The position numbers and the translations under genes were made by a program. Shown here piece by piece: positions 48,539 to 59,004 of a DNA stretch of 64,000 nucleotides. Source of the DNA: Chitinophagales bacterium. GTDB lineage: Bacteria > Bacteroidota > Bacteroidia > Chitinophagales > JADIYW01. The stretch lies in contig JAMLHI010000007.1 in assembly GCA_023957235.1 (NCBI GenBank), positions 35,738 to 99,737 of the forward strand. Reading direction: 5' to 3'. Numbering within the stretch: position 1 is the first letter of the stretch; each line of letters starts with the position of its first letter. The notes beneath the pieces were generated by a model. The model was not told the origin of the DNA. It saw only the letters and a list, made by a program, of their open reading frames with translations, and searched no databases.

Positions 48539-51166
48539 ATGCAATATAAAAGTGCTAAAGAAATTAGAAAGGCCTTTTTAGACTTTTTTCAGAGTAAACA
48601 ACACCTTATCGTTCCTTCAGCGCCTGTTGTTGTAAAAGATGACCCTACGCTAATGTTTACAAATGCAGGAATGAACCAGTTTAAAGATTATTTTTTAGGT
48701 AATAAGATAGCTCCTTCTCCACGTATTGCAGATACTCAGAAGTGTTTAAGAGTGAGCGGAAAGCACAATGACCTTGAAGAGGTTGGAGTGGATACCTATC
48801 ATCATACTTTATTTGAGATGCTTGGCAACTGGAGTTTTGGCGATTATTTTAAAGAAGAAGCTATCGCTTGGAGTTGGGAATTACTCACTGAAGTATTAGG
48901 GTTGCCTAAGGATAGATTATATGCCACTGTATTTGAAGGCGATGTCAAAGAAGGTATTCCAGCTGATAATGAGGCTTTGGAATATTGGAAAAAATGGTTG
49001 CCAGAAGAAAGAATTCTTTTTGGAAATAAGAAAGATAATTTTTGGGAAATGGGCGATACCGGACCATGTGGCCCTTGCACTGAGATACATGTAGATTGTC
49101 GTCCAGATGAAGAAATTGCCTTACAACCTGGAAGTCAGTTAGTCAATGCAGATCATCCTCAGGTGATAGAAATATGGAACAATGTCTTTATTCAATTTAA
49201 CAGAAAGAAAGATGGCCGTCTTGAACTCCTTCCTGCTCAGCATGTAGATACAGGTATGGGATTTGAGCGTTTGGTAAGGGTCATTCAAGGCAAATCATCT
49301 AATTATGATACAGATGTTTTCTCAGGGACTATCGCAGCGACAGAAAGGTTGACTGGTCATAAATATGATGGTTCTGACTCAAAACAAGCCATAGCATTCA
49401 GAGTTATTGCCGACCATATTCGTGCTGTAAGTTTTGCTATTTCAGATGGTCAATTGCCTTCTAATACTGGCGCAGGATATGTGATAAGAAGAATATTGCG
49501 TAGAGCAGTGAGATATTATTTTTCTTCACTTGATAGAAATAGTCCATTGTTACATGAATTGGTAGCTGTAATTGCTGAGCAGTTTGAAGGTGTCTTCCCA
49601 GAATTGAAAAAACAAGAATCTTTTGTTTCAAAAGTGATTTATGAAGAAGAATCCAACTTTTTGAGAACACTAGATGCAGGATTGAAAAGAATAGATGTCA
49701 TTATAAGAGAAAATAATGATAAGGTGATTTCTGGACATGCTGCTTTTGAATTATTTGACACCTTTGGTTTTCCATTAGATTTGATAAGATTAGTAGCGTC
49801 AGAACATGGTTTTGATGTTGATGAAAAAGGTTTTGATGTTGAAATGGAACAGCAGAAAGCCCGTAGTCGTGCAGCTACAGAAATAGACATGTCAGACTGG
49901 GTGGTATTAGCTGAAGGTGAGAACAAATTCAAAGGATATAATACTTTAGAAACTCACTCCAAATTATTAAAATATAGAAAAGTTAAAGCCAAAGGTAAAG
50001 AGTTATTTCAGTTGGTATTAGACCAAACACCCTTTTATGCCGAATCTGGTGGACAAGTAGGAGATAAAGGAAAATTGTTTTTCGGTGCTGAAATCATAGA
50101 AGTAATTGATACTAAAAAAGATATGGATTTGATTATCCATTTTACTGAACAATTGCCTCAAAATCCATCTACTAATATTCAAGCTGTTGTTAATCAGGAA
50201 TTAAGAAAGGCTACAGCGATACATCACTCAGTGACTCACTTGTTGCAGTCTGCTTTGAGAAGTGTTTTAGGTAATCATGTAGAGCAAAAAGGATCTTTAA
50301 ACAATTCTGATTATTTAAGATTTGACTTTTCACATTTTTCAAAATTGTCAATAGAAGAAATACAAAAAGTAGAAAATATTGTAAATGATAAAATTCTAGA
50401 GAATATTCCTGTTGTTATCAAAGAGATGTCTAAAGATGAAGCATTAGAATTGGGTGCAACGGCTTTATTTGGAGAAAAATATGGGGATATTGTTCGCGTT
50501 GTCATTATGGATCCTAATTTCTCAATAGAATTATGCGGAGGTACTCACGTTGCTAATACTGGAGAGATTGGATTGTTCAAAATTATAGCCGAATCGGCAA
50601 TTGCTGCTGGTGTCAGAAGGATTGAAGCAGTGGCTGGACAAAAAGTAATAGAATTGATTAGAGACAAGGAAAATTATTTAAATCAGATATCTGAAACATT
50701 GAAATATCCTCAAGATATCAATAAGTCTGTGTTGCGATTGATAGAAGAAAACACCTTAATGAAAGCTCAAATTTCGCAATTTCAGGCAAATCAGTTAAAG
50801 CAACTAAAACAAAAAGCTAACCAATCATTTGAGAATCATAATGATATATCATTTGTTATCATGCAAATTGATGATCTGAGCCTAGATGCAACAAAGCAAT
50901 TAGCGACAGAGTTGAGACAAGAAAAAACAAATGCTATCATTATATTTACTGGTGTCAATAATGAAAAACCTTATATTACAATTGGTATTTCGGATGAATT
51001 AGTGAATAAAAAAGATTTAAATGCCAATAAAATGGTTAAAGAATTATCCATCAATATCAAAGGTGGAGGTGGAGGACAAGTATTTATTGCAACTGCTGGT
51101 GGTCAAGATATTAAAGGGGTTTCAAAAGTAGTTTCTTCTGCTAGAGAAATCATTAATAAATTGTAA
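48539..51166 (+). CDS. alaS: Alanine-tRNA ligase
   Basis: DPTLMFTNAGM, EMLGNWSFGDYFK, DTGMGFERL, ELCGGTH and GGGGG motifs. Confidence 0.98.
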   Translation: MQYKSAKEIRKAFLDFFQSKQHLIVPSAPVVVKDDPTLMFTNAGMNQFKDYFLGNKIAPSPRIADTQKCLRVSGKHNDLEEVGVDTYHHTLFEMLGNWSFGDYFKEEAIAWSWELLTEVLGLPKDRLYATVFEGDVKEGIPADNEALEYWKKWLPEERILFGNKKDNFWEMGDTGPCGPCTEIHVDCRPDEEIALQPGSQLVNADHPQVIEIWNNVFIQFNRKKDGRLELLPAQHVDTGMGFERLVRVIQGKSSNYDTDVFSGTIAATERLTGHKYDGSDSKQAIAFRVIADHIRAVSFAISDGQLPSNTGAGYVIRRILRRAVRYYFSSLDRNSPLLHELVAVIAEQFEGVFPELKKQESFVSKVIYEEESNFLRTLDAGLKRIDVIIRENNDKVISGHAAFELFDTFGFPLDLIRLVASEHGFDVDEKGFDVEMEQQKARSRAATEIDMSDWVVLAEGENKFKGYNTLETHSKLLKYRKVKAKGKELFQLVLDQTPFYAESGGQVGDKGKLFFGAEIIEVIDTKKDMDLIIHFTEQLPQNPSTNIQAVVNQELRKATAIHHSVTHLLQSALRSVLGNHVEQKGSLNNSDYLRFDFSHFSKLSIEEIQKVENIVNDKILENIPVVIKEMSKDEALELGATALFGEKYGDIVRVVIMDPNFSIELCGGTHVANTGEIGLFKIIAESAIAAGVRRIEAVAGQKVIELIRDKENYLNQISETLKYPQDINKSVLRLIEENTLMKAQISQFQANQLKQLKQKANQSFENHNDISFVIMQIDDLSLDATKQLATELRQEKTNAIIIFTGVNNEKPYITIGISDELVNKKDLNANKMVKELSINIKGGGGGQVFIATAGGQDIKGVSKVVSSAREIINKL

Positions 51167-51187
51167 TACAAAAACTTATAAACAATA

Positions 51188-52639
51188 ATGGAAGTAACAG
51201 TTTATGATAAATATGAAGCAGTAATCGGTTTAGAGGTACATGCTCAATTATTGACTAAAAGCAAGATATATTCAGCTGATTCTACTGAATATGGAGCTGC
51301 GCCTAATACTCAGATTAGCCCAATCACATTGGCGATGCCTGGTGTATTACCCAAACTCAATAAAGAAGTTGTGGATATGGCGATAAAAGTCGGATTAGCG
51401 CTGAATTGTAAAATTACTGAAGTCAATGAATTTGCACGTAAACATTATTTTTATGCAGACTTACCTAAAGGCTATCAAATTACTCAAGACAAAACACCTA
51501 TTTGCACTCATGGACAAATAGAAATAGATACTTCTGGAACTAAGAAAGAAATCGGCATTACTCGTATTCACATGGAAGAAGATGCAGGTAAAAACAACCA
51601 TGAATTGGATCCGTTTTACTCTTTGATAGATTTAAATCGAGCGGGAATGCCATTGATTGAAATTGTTTCTGAACCAGATATCAGAACTTCAGATGAAGCA
51701 TATAGTTATTTGACAGAGCTGAGAAAATTATTGAGATATCTCGATGTTTGTGATGGAAATATGGAGGAAGGAAGCATGAGATGCGATGCCAATATTTCCG
51801 TTAGACTTAGAGGCAATTCTACTTTTGGGACAAGAGTGGAAGTCAAGAACATGAACTCTATTCGGAATGTTAAAAGAGCAATAGATAGTGAAATTAAGCG
51901 ACAAATAGATTTAATAGAGAGTGGAGCTGAGGTTTTACAACAAACTAGAGGTTTTAATCCTTCTGATGGATCAACAGCACCATTGAGATCCAAAGAGTTG
52001 GCTAATGATTATAGATATTTTCCTGAACCTGATTTACCTCCAGTCATTGTTAAACAAAATCGAGTTAATGAGGTCAAATCCCAAATGCCCCCTTTACCCT
52101 CCGAATTGCTAGAAAAATTCACTTCGGAATTGGGGCTTTCAACCTATGATGCAAGAGTTTTAACAGACGAGAAAGACATAGCTTTATATTTCCTTGAACT
52201 CATTTCAGAAACTAATAATTATAAAGCAGCAGCCAATTGGATAATGGGGGAAGTGAAATCTTATTTGAACCAAAATGCTATTGAAATCAAAGATTTTATA
52301 CTTCAACCTCGTCATATACTTTCTATTATCGAATTAGTAGATAAGGGTTTGGTAAGCTCCTCAGGTGCAAAGAGATTGTTTGAAGCGATGCTAGAGCAGC
52401 CTGATGTGTCAGCTGTAGATTTGGCTAATCAATTGAATTTGATTCAAAACTCAAACATTGACCAGCTTAAATCTTGGGCAGAAGTAGCATTACTCAAATA
52501 TCCAGAAAAGGTCCTTGAATATCGAGGTGGTAAAAAAGGAATTTTAGGTTTGTTTATGGGAGAAGTGATGAAAATCTCAGGTGGTCAAGCTGATCCTAAA
52601 TCTACTAGTAAAATTTTACAAGAACTATTAGATTCTTAA
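51188..52639 (+). CDS. gatB: Asp-tRNA(Asn)/Glu-tRNA(Gln) amidotransferase subunit B
   Basis: IGLEVHAQL, YADLPKGYQITQ, HMEEDAGK, RCDANIS and YRYFPEPDL motifs. Confidence 0.97.
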   Translation: MEVTVYDKYEAVIGLEVHAQLLTKSKIYSADSTEYGAAPNTQISPITLAMPGVLPKLNKEVVDMAIKVGLALNCKITEVNEFARKHYFYADLPKGYQITQDKTPICTHGQIEIDTSGTKKEIGITRIHMEEDAGKNNHELDPFYSLIDLNRAGMPLIEIVSEPDIRTSDEAYSYLTELRKLLRYLDVCDGNMEEGSMRCDANISVRLRGNSTFGTRVEVKNMNSIRNVKRAIDSEIKRQIDLIESGAEVLQQTRGFNPSDGSTAPLRSKELANDYRYFPEPDLPPVIVKQNRVNEVKSQMPPLPSELLEKFTSELGLSTYDARVLTDEKDIALYFLELISETNNYKAAANWIMGEVKSYLNQNAIEIKDFILQPRHILSIIELVDKGLVSSSGAKRLFEAMLEQPDVSAVDLANQLNLIQNSNIDQLKSWAEVALLKYPEKVLEYRGGKKGILGLFMGEVMKISGGQADPKSTSKILQELLDS

Positions 52640-52655
52640 TGATTTGATTATCAGA

Positions 52656-54170
52656 ATGTTGAAATATTTAATCTCAATAATTATTTTAATTATTTTTTCA
52701 GGTTGCTCACATCAATTTGAAGGAACAGAAATTAATGTAAATCTTCAAAATGGTAATCATTCTTTATTATTATTGGAAGATGTTGCTACTAATGAGAAAG
52801 TGATAGTTGATAGCTCAATGGTACAGAATGGGATTGCCCGATTTAAAGTATATATTAATGATGGGATTTATCGTTTGAGGGAGCAACAATCTAATCAGAT
52901 GATATTTATTTATATCGGTAAACAGAAGGAAGAATTAAATGTCAACTGGAATTTAAGCAATCAATCATCCTATTCGATTTCAGGAAATAAGGAATCAGGT
53001 CAATTGAAAAGTATAGTTCAATTTTCTCAAAATAATTCAAAGCAATATATAGAAATAGATAGTATTGCAGCAAAAGATTCATTATCTGGAGATCAAGTCA
53101 CAGAGCTGAAAGCAGCCATTCGACAGAAAAATTTAGACTTTATCAAAAATTTTATTGACACAGTAAAAAATGGCGATATAGCGGCATTTGCATTGAATTA
53201 CATTGGCTCTTCACCAGACAATATTGCACTTCTAGTCAATTTATCAGAAAAAATTCATCAATCTTATCCTGATGCTAGGTATGCTACAATGTGGTTTGAA
53301 TCTCTTGATAGTTATAGAAACCAATTACTCAATCAAGTTAAAAACGGTTTGTCAATTGGTAGTGCTGCTCCAAATTTTGAAGGTGTCACAATTGAAGGAG
53401 ATTCAATTGCATTAAAAGATTTTATAGGAGAGTATGTTTTACTTGATTTTTGGGCTTCATGGTGTCAGCCATGCCGAAAGGAAAATCCCAATTTGCTAGC
53501 AGCTTATAAAGAGTTTAAAAATAGAAAATTTAAAATAGTTTCATTTTCGTTAGATGCTAAAAAAGAACAGTGGCAAAAGGGAATTGATATTGATAAACTC
53601 AAGGGATTTGTTCATGTCAGTGATTTATTGAAATGGAGAAGTCCTATAGTGAAATCTTATGATATTAAGGGTATCCCAGCAAATTTTTTGATTGACCCAA
53701 ATGGAAAAATTATTGGTAGAGATTTGCAAGGCAATCTTTTACAAAGTACCTTAAATCATATTTTACCTCCAGAAATGATTGAAATTATTGATTCTCTTGG
53801 TAATAGTAAATGGATTCCCAAACATCCAGTGCAAGATTCTACGACCAAACAAATCCTCCCTAATGGGAATAAAAATATTAGTACTCAGATGAATAAATCT
53901 GAAGTCAATAAAGTAGAAACTTCAACGCCATCTGTCAAACAGACTACTCCAATTGCTATTCAGACAGAAAAAGCAAAAGCAAACTCTTCTCCTTCAAATA
54001 CTACTAATAAGACAAATACTCCGAAAGTAAATCAGACACCTATACAACAAAAATCCATACAACCTTCAAATCCACTGCCAGAAAAGAACAAAACAAAATC
54101 TCAAAAGGAGACAGTTAAACCTGAACCTTTACCTAATCATATAGAAAAGCCTTTTGGAGGGCAGTTTTAG
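52656..54170 (+). CDS. TlpA/AhpC-TSA-like thiol-disulfide oxidoreductase lipoprotein with a long low-complexity C-terminal tail
   Basis: Lipobox FSGC, DFWASWCQPC and cis-Pro GIP; about 130-aa P/T/Q/K/S-rich tail. Confidence 0.85.
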   Translation: MLKYLISIIILIIFSGCSHQFEGTEINVNLQNGNHSLLLLEDVATNEKVIVDSSMVQNGIARFKVYINDGIYRLREQQSNQMIFIYIGKQKEELNVNWNLSNQSSYSISGNKESGQLKSIVQFSQNNSKQYIEIDSIAAKDSLSGDQVTELKAAIRQKNLDFIKNFIDTVKNGDIAAFALNYIGSSPDNIALLVNLSEKIHQSYPDARYATMWFESLDSYRNQLLNQVKNGLSIGSAAPNFEGVTIEGDSIALKDFIGEYVLLDFWASWCQPCRKENPNLLAAYKEFKNRKFKIVSFSLDAKKEQWQKGIDIDKLKGFVHVSDLLKWRSPIVKSYDIKGIPANFLIDPNGKIIGRDLQGNLLQSTLNHILPPEMIEIIDSLGNSKWIPKHPVQDSTTKQILPNGNKNISTQMNKSEVNKVETSTPSVKQTTPIAIQTEKAKANSSPSNTTNKTNTPKVNQTPIQQKSIQPSNPLPEKNKTKSQKETVKPEPLPNHIEKPFGGQF

Positions 54171-54190
54171 TAAAAGGTGGTTTTATAGGA

Positions 54191-54763
54191 TTATATTTTG
54201 ATTTTCCACATTCCTCTTAACTCGCCTAAATGATAACCAATAGCTTTATCTTTAGGATATTTTGACAGAATATTATTATATGTTTCACTAGAAATATCAA
54301 TATCTATTTGTCCATGACAAGACAGACAAGTAGGCATTCCTAAAACAATGGGTTTGTAGTAATAAATATTATCTCCATTTTGCTGAATAATGTGTTTCTC
54401 TTGAATATCCTTATTCGCCATTAATAGTTTTATTTCTTCCCATGCTTTCCAATCACTTTCTTCTTGTATGGCATTATTGGGATTGCGATTTTTATCACTC
54501 AATCTTTGAATAGAAGCTGTATAAATACTAGAAACTGAATCAGTTAGAGGCATGGCATTCAAATTACAAAAATCTATTGCACCTGTAACACCTGAATTTG
54601 TTATGGATTGAGATACATTTGCTAATAATATTTTTTGTGCATGTGTAGAGATACTATCCCCCTTCATTAAGTAGGACGCTTTTTCTTCTTTGCTGATTTC
54701 TTTTGCTTTTTGATTACAACTAGCTAAAGTCAACACAATTAATCCTAAAATAATTTTATACAT
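54191..54763 (-). CDS. DUF3365 (Tll0287-like) heme-c lipoprotein
   Basis: Lipobox LASC, RNPNN, CLSCHG and YP.DKA.GY..GELRG motifs. Confidence 0.85.
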   Translation of the reverse strand: MYKIILGLIVLTLASCNQKAKEISKEEKASYLMKGDSISTHAQKILLANVSQSITNSGVTGAIDFCNLNAMPLTDSVSSIYTASIQRLSDKNRNPNNAIQEESDWKAWEEIKLLMANKDIQEKHIIQQNGDNIYYYKPIVLGMPTCLSCHGQIDIDISSETYNNILSKYPKDKAIGYHLGELRGMWKIKI

Positions 54764-54999
54764 CTTGTAATAATTTAAGTAGCATCAATAAATAAACATT
54801 ACAAAGTTCATATAAAACTTTCATATTTTATGTTACCAAAGTTACATTACTACCAGTTGTGTTCAAATATTGAATTTTGAAAGAAAACAAACAAAAAATA
54901 TCCTTACTGAAGTCATGAAGAGTATTTAATTAGCTTCGCCATGTTAAAAAATGTTTATAAACATGAATACTTTTGAATACCTTTTAACTTTGTTACATT

Positions 55000-56088
55000 A
55001 TGACAGAAATAATATATCAAATTGACGAACAAGCAGAGGATTTCCTTTCTGCATATTTAAATAATGCTTCTCCCACTGGATTTGAGGAGAGCGGTCAAAG
55101 GTTATGGCTGAATTATATCAAAGCCTATTCGGATACTTATAAGGTGGACAATTACGGAACAGTAACAGCTATTGTTAATCCAGATGCGCCATACAAAGTT
55201 GTCATTGAAGCTCATGCTGATGAGATATCATGGTTTGTAAGTTATATCAATGACAATGGATTTATTTATGTGATTAGAAATGGAGGTAGTGATCACATGA
55301 TAGCGCCATCTATGAGAGTAAATATTCACACAGACAAAGGAATCGTTGATGGAGTCTTTGGTTGGCCAGCTATTCACTTACGCAAAGAAAAAGAACATAC
55401 CCCTAAAGTATCTAATATTACAATTGATGTTGGAGCTACTACTAAAGATGAAGTTTTAGAAATGGGAATTCATGTTGGATGTGTGGTCACTTTTAAAGAT
55501 GGGTTTTTCAAGTTAAATAATAAATATTATGGGAGTAGAGCATTGGACAATAGAATAGGAGGATTCATGATAGCTGAAGTAGCTAGGTTATTGAAATCCA
55601 ATCAAGTAAATCTTCCTTTTGGTCTTTATGTAGTCAATGCGGTACAAGAAGAGGTAGGCTTGCGTGGTGCTGAAATGGCTGTAGAATGGATCCAACCCAA
55701 TATGGCAATTATTACAGATGTCTGCCATGACACTTCTACACCTATGATTGAGGTCAAAGAGACAGGAGATACAAAATGTCATAAAGGTCCAGTGATAACT
55801 TATGCACCTGCTGTCCATAATAAAGTTAGAAAATTAATCATTGATGCTGCTGAAAGTGCAAACATCCCTTTTCAAAGAGATGCAAGTTCACGAGTGACTG
55901 GAACAGATACTGATGCATTTGCTTATGGCAATGGAGGTGTTCCTTCAGCATTAATATCCTTACCGCTACGATATATGCACACTACAGTAGAATTAGTTTC
56001 CAAAGCTGATGTTGCCGAAACAATTAAATTAATCTATGCAACTTTATTATCTATTGACCCTAATAAGTCATTGAAATATATTGATTAA
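55000..56088 (+). CDS. M42 family metallopeptidase
   Basis: AHADEI, ALDNR, VQEEVGLRGA, GTDTD and RYMHT motifs. Confidence 0.93.
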   Translation: MTEIIYQIDEQAEDFLSAYLNNASPTGFEESGQRLWLNYIKAYSDTYKVDNYGTVTAIVNPDAPYKVVIEAHADEISWFVSYINDNGFIYVIRNGGSDHMIAPSMRVNIHTDKGIVDGVFGWPAIHLRKEKEHTPKVSNITIDVGATTKDEVLEMGIHVGCVVTFKDGFFKLNNKYYGSRALDNRIGGFMIAEVARLLKSNQVNLPFGLYVVNAVQEEVGLRGAEMAVEWIQPNMAIITDVCHDTSTPMIEVKETGDTKCHKGPVITYAPAVHNKVRKLIIDAAESANIPFQRDASSRVTGTDTDAFAYGNGGVPSALISLPLRYMHTTVELVSKADVAETIKLIYATLLSIDPNKSLKYID

Positions 56089-56109
56089 AATTTTTAGGTT
56101 ACAAGACTG

Positions 56110-56140
56110 GCGACTATCTCAAAAAGGTAGTCGCTTTTTA
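56110..56140 (+). terminator. Intrinsic terminator after the M42 peptidase
   Basis: GCGACTATCT-caaaa-AGGTAGTCGC-TTTTT. Confidence 0.75.
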
Positions 56141-56185
56141 TTGCTATTTAGCCAGATAAAATGGTCAGATAAAAATTAAGTTTTT

Positions 56186-57121
56186 CTATTTTACTTCTTT
56201 ATAATAGTTAAAAATATCTTCTAAAGATTTTTTGGGTTTGAACCCAAATGTGTTTGAAAACAAGCTACCATCTATAATAACTGGATATCGATAAAAATTT
56301 AATAAAAAGGGTGGTAGAGTTTCCCATTTCATCAATTTACTAATCGTTTCAGTGAGTGCTAGAGGTATGGAGGGGATTTGAACAAAACGACAATTAGACT
56401 GTCTAACTGCATCTTGAAATCCAATATAATCTGCAGGAGCTACATTATATAGACCTGATACATTTTTCTCAAATGCCAAACAAATAGCATCTCTCATATC
56501 ATCAATATGAATAAATTGCATTAAAGGAGAAAATCCCCATAATACAGGTGCGGCTCTTGATGCCAATAATTTAGAAAATGTATTTTTCACTCCTGGTCCA
56601 GCAACATTACAAGGTCTTAAAATTGTAATATTCAATTCAGGATATTTATACATATATATATTGGCAAGATTATCCAATTCCACTGAATCAACGAGATCCA
56701 TAGTCAAATCTGCTGCCTTAATAGGTGTCTTTTCATCTAACAAAGAAGGATTAAAAGGACTTGCTCCATAAACAAAATAGGTAGATAATACAAGAACTCT
56801 AGGGACATTGTATTTTTTACACAAATCCAAAAGTTTTTTCGTGCCCATTACATTGGCATTATATCTTGTAAATCTATTAGATTCGCTGGCAGAAATCCTT
56901 CCCAAGTGAATTACTCCATCAAATTGATGATCTCTGAAAACATCTTCAAAGATTCTTTTATTAAAATCTACTTTATAACTTTCTACAGGAATTCCTAAAT
57001 CAATTTTAGTACGAAAATCTACAGCGATTACTTTATAATCTCTTTTTAACCTATTGATTACTTTTTGAGCCAAGGCACCAGCAGCACCTGTAACCATAAT
57101 TTTTTTCTTATTTGATTCCAT
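56186..57121 (-). CDS. NAD-dependent epimerase/dehydratase-like SDR
   Basis: VTGAAGALA, HLG, NVMGT, LRPCNV.GP and QFIH.DD motifs; no YxxxK. Confidence 0.8.
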   Translation of the reverse strand: MESNKKKIMVTGAAGALAQKVINRLKRDYKVIAVDFRTKIDLGIPVESYKVDFNKRIFEDVFRDHQFDGVIHLGRISASESNRFTRYNANVMGTKKLLDLCKKYNVPRVLVLSTYFVYGASPFNPSLLDEKTPIKAADLTMDLVDSVELDNLANIYMYKYPELNITILRPCNVAGPGVKNTFSKLLASRAAPVLWGFSPLMQFIHIDDMRDAICLAFEKNVSGLYNVAPADYIGFQDAVRQSNCRFVQIPSIPLALTETISKLMKWETLPPFLLNFYRYPVIIDGSLFSNTFGFKPKKSLEDIFNYYKEVK

Positions 57122-57126
57122 AGTTT

Positions 57127-57948
57127 TTAAAATATAGATTTTCGTTTTGATAATCCCAATTCGATAAGTTGTTTGATTTCGTCTTTTATAATATTAACTC
57201 TGGTTTTCACTTCACGTTCATTATAAATATCATTTTCAAAATGCAAAGGCTTTCCAAAATGAATATACACTTTGGTCGGCAAAATAATAGGTAATGCCAA
57301 AGGAAAATATGGTACACCTAAAAACTTTGCCAGTGGTTTAATGTCTGCAAAAGAAATGATAGACTCTTCACACCCAACAATTCCTACAGGCACTATTGGA
57401 GTATCGTGCTTCATTGCTAAATGCATAAATCCGTTACCAAATCTTTGCAATTTGTATCTATCTTTAAACAATTTACCTGATCCTCTTACTCCTTCAGGAA
57501 ATACTAAAATGGCTTCTTCTTTTTCTAATAATTTTTCACAATTATAAGGATCGCCCACCACAGAGCCAACACTATTCAACCAATTGCCTACAAATGGTAC
57601 AGTTGGAAAAAATTTTTCAACCATTGCCTTAGGGATGCGAGGAGCATAAGGATTTGTCAGTAATGCATAGCCAGTAAGAACTCCATCTAATGGTAATTGA
57701 CCACTGTGATTGGGCACAATGAGAACTCTCCCTTCTTTAGGAATGTTTTCAAGACCATAAGCCTCAACTCTGAAAAAATTCTCATATAATAATTTACCTA
57801 AATAGAAGGTATTCTCTATTCCTTTAATATTAAAGCCCCATGGGTCATAGCCAGAAGAACCCATATTATTTGGAAATAATTCTAAATATTTGTCCAATTC
57901 TTTGGAACGTAAACTTTCCCTCAATAAATCGGTAACTTTATTAAACAT
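57127..57948 (-). CDS. Lysophospholipid/glycerol acyltransferase family protein
   Basis: NHSGQLPLD, FPEG.RG and PIVPVGIVG motifs; N-terminal GYDPWG. Confidence 0.88.
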   Translation of the reverse strand: MFNKVTDLLRESLRSKELDKYLELFPNNMGSSGYDPWGFNIKGIENTFYLGKLLYENFFRVEAYGLENIPKEGRVLIVPNHSGQLPLDGVLTGYALLTNPYAPRIPKAMVEKFFPTVPFVGNWLNSVGSVVGDPYNCEKLLEKEEAILVFPEGVRGSGKLFKDRYKLQRFGNGFMHLAMKHDTPIVPVGIVGCEESIISFADIKPLAKFLGVPYFPLALPIILPTKVYIHFGKPLHFENDIYNEREVKTRVNIIKDEIKQLIELGLSKRKSIF

Positions 57949-58066
57949 AGCGAAGTGTAAAGTGAACTAAATATAGAATAATAAAATGATATAGATAATG
58001 CTTTAAAATAGATATAACAACAAGATAATTTTTATTACATTTAGCAAGTAAATAATTTATAAATTA

Positions 58067-58939
58067 ATGAGAAATATCACCCTGCTTTCAATCTCCATAT
58101 TGATGTTTTTTATCTTAATATCTTGTAAAAAGGAAACCAAACCATTGTTTGAACCTAATAAATGCAATGGATTCAGTGAATTCTGCGATAAAAAGTTGGA
58201 AAATATCACTACACTAATGACACATAATTCATACAATAATAGTGAAAAGCATTTTCTAGTTCCAAATCAAGACAATTCTATCTATAAACAATTGTCTGAT
58301 GGAGTAAGGGGATTGATGTTAGATGTATATAGCTCTGGCCAAGGACCTATCTTATATCATGGAATTCAACAAGGGGGAAAACAAACATTAATCTCTGCAA
58401 TGCTGGAAATCAATAAATTTTTGACAGAAAAACCTAATGAAGTTGTAACTATTATTTTTGAAAATTATTGTACTCATGAAGAGATACTTCAGGTAATGGA
58501 TACTTTGAAGATGAGAGATTTGATATATATTCATAATGGCGAATGGCCTACTCTGCAAGAAATGATTAGTAGCAACAAGCGACTTGTTCTGATGGTTGAA
58601 TTTGATATGGGTGGTGTTCCTCAAGAGTTATTATACGCTTGGGGTAATGTCTTAGATTCTAAATTTGAATTTCAATCAACCAATGCTATGGATTGCAGTG
58701 AGAATAGAGGCAAGAATGGATTAAGAACCTTTTATTTGTTAAACCATTGGATTTCTAATAGTCTTGGTCTTCCTGATAAATCTCAAGCAAAAAAGGCGAA
58801 TAGTTTTGACATCTTAGGTGAGAGAGTAAAACGATGTACAAATGAAAGGGGGCGAAAGATTAATTTTGTAGGTATTGATTTCTACAATTTAGGTGACGGA
58901 TTAGCAATAGTTGACAGCATGAATGGAGTGCAAAGATAA
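58067..58939 (+). CDS. PI-PLC X-domain-like phosphodiesterase lipoprotein
   Basis: Lipobox LISC; THNS, QL.DGVRGLMLD, LYHG, EVVTI.FE and NF..IDFY motifs. Confidence 0.8.
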   Translation: MRNITLLSISILMFFILISCKKETKPLFEPNKCNGFSEFCDKKLENITTLMTHNSYNNSEKHFLVPNQDNSIYKQLSDGVRGLMLDVYSSGQGPILYHGIQQGGKQTLISAMLEINKFLTEKPNEVVTIIFENYCTHEEILQVMDTLKMRDLIYIHNGEWPTLQEMISSNKRLVLMVEFDMGGVPQELLYAWGNVLDSKFEFQSTNAMDCSENRGKNGLRTFYLLNHWISNSLGLPDKSQAKKANSFDILGERVKRCTNERGRKINFVGIDFYNLGDGLAIVDSMNGVQR

Positions 58940-59004
58940 ATCTTAATACAGAGTTTAACATCTTTTTATTTTGATAAAATCTTTTAAATGCGTTTCTTTA
59001 AAGG

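Noticed and set aside
54831-54846. TGTTAC-N4-GTTACA quasi-palindrome upstream of the DUF3365 gene
   Set aside because: It could be a Crp/Fnr-type site, but it is a single short imperfect instance with no supporting regulator nearby.
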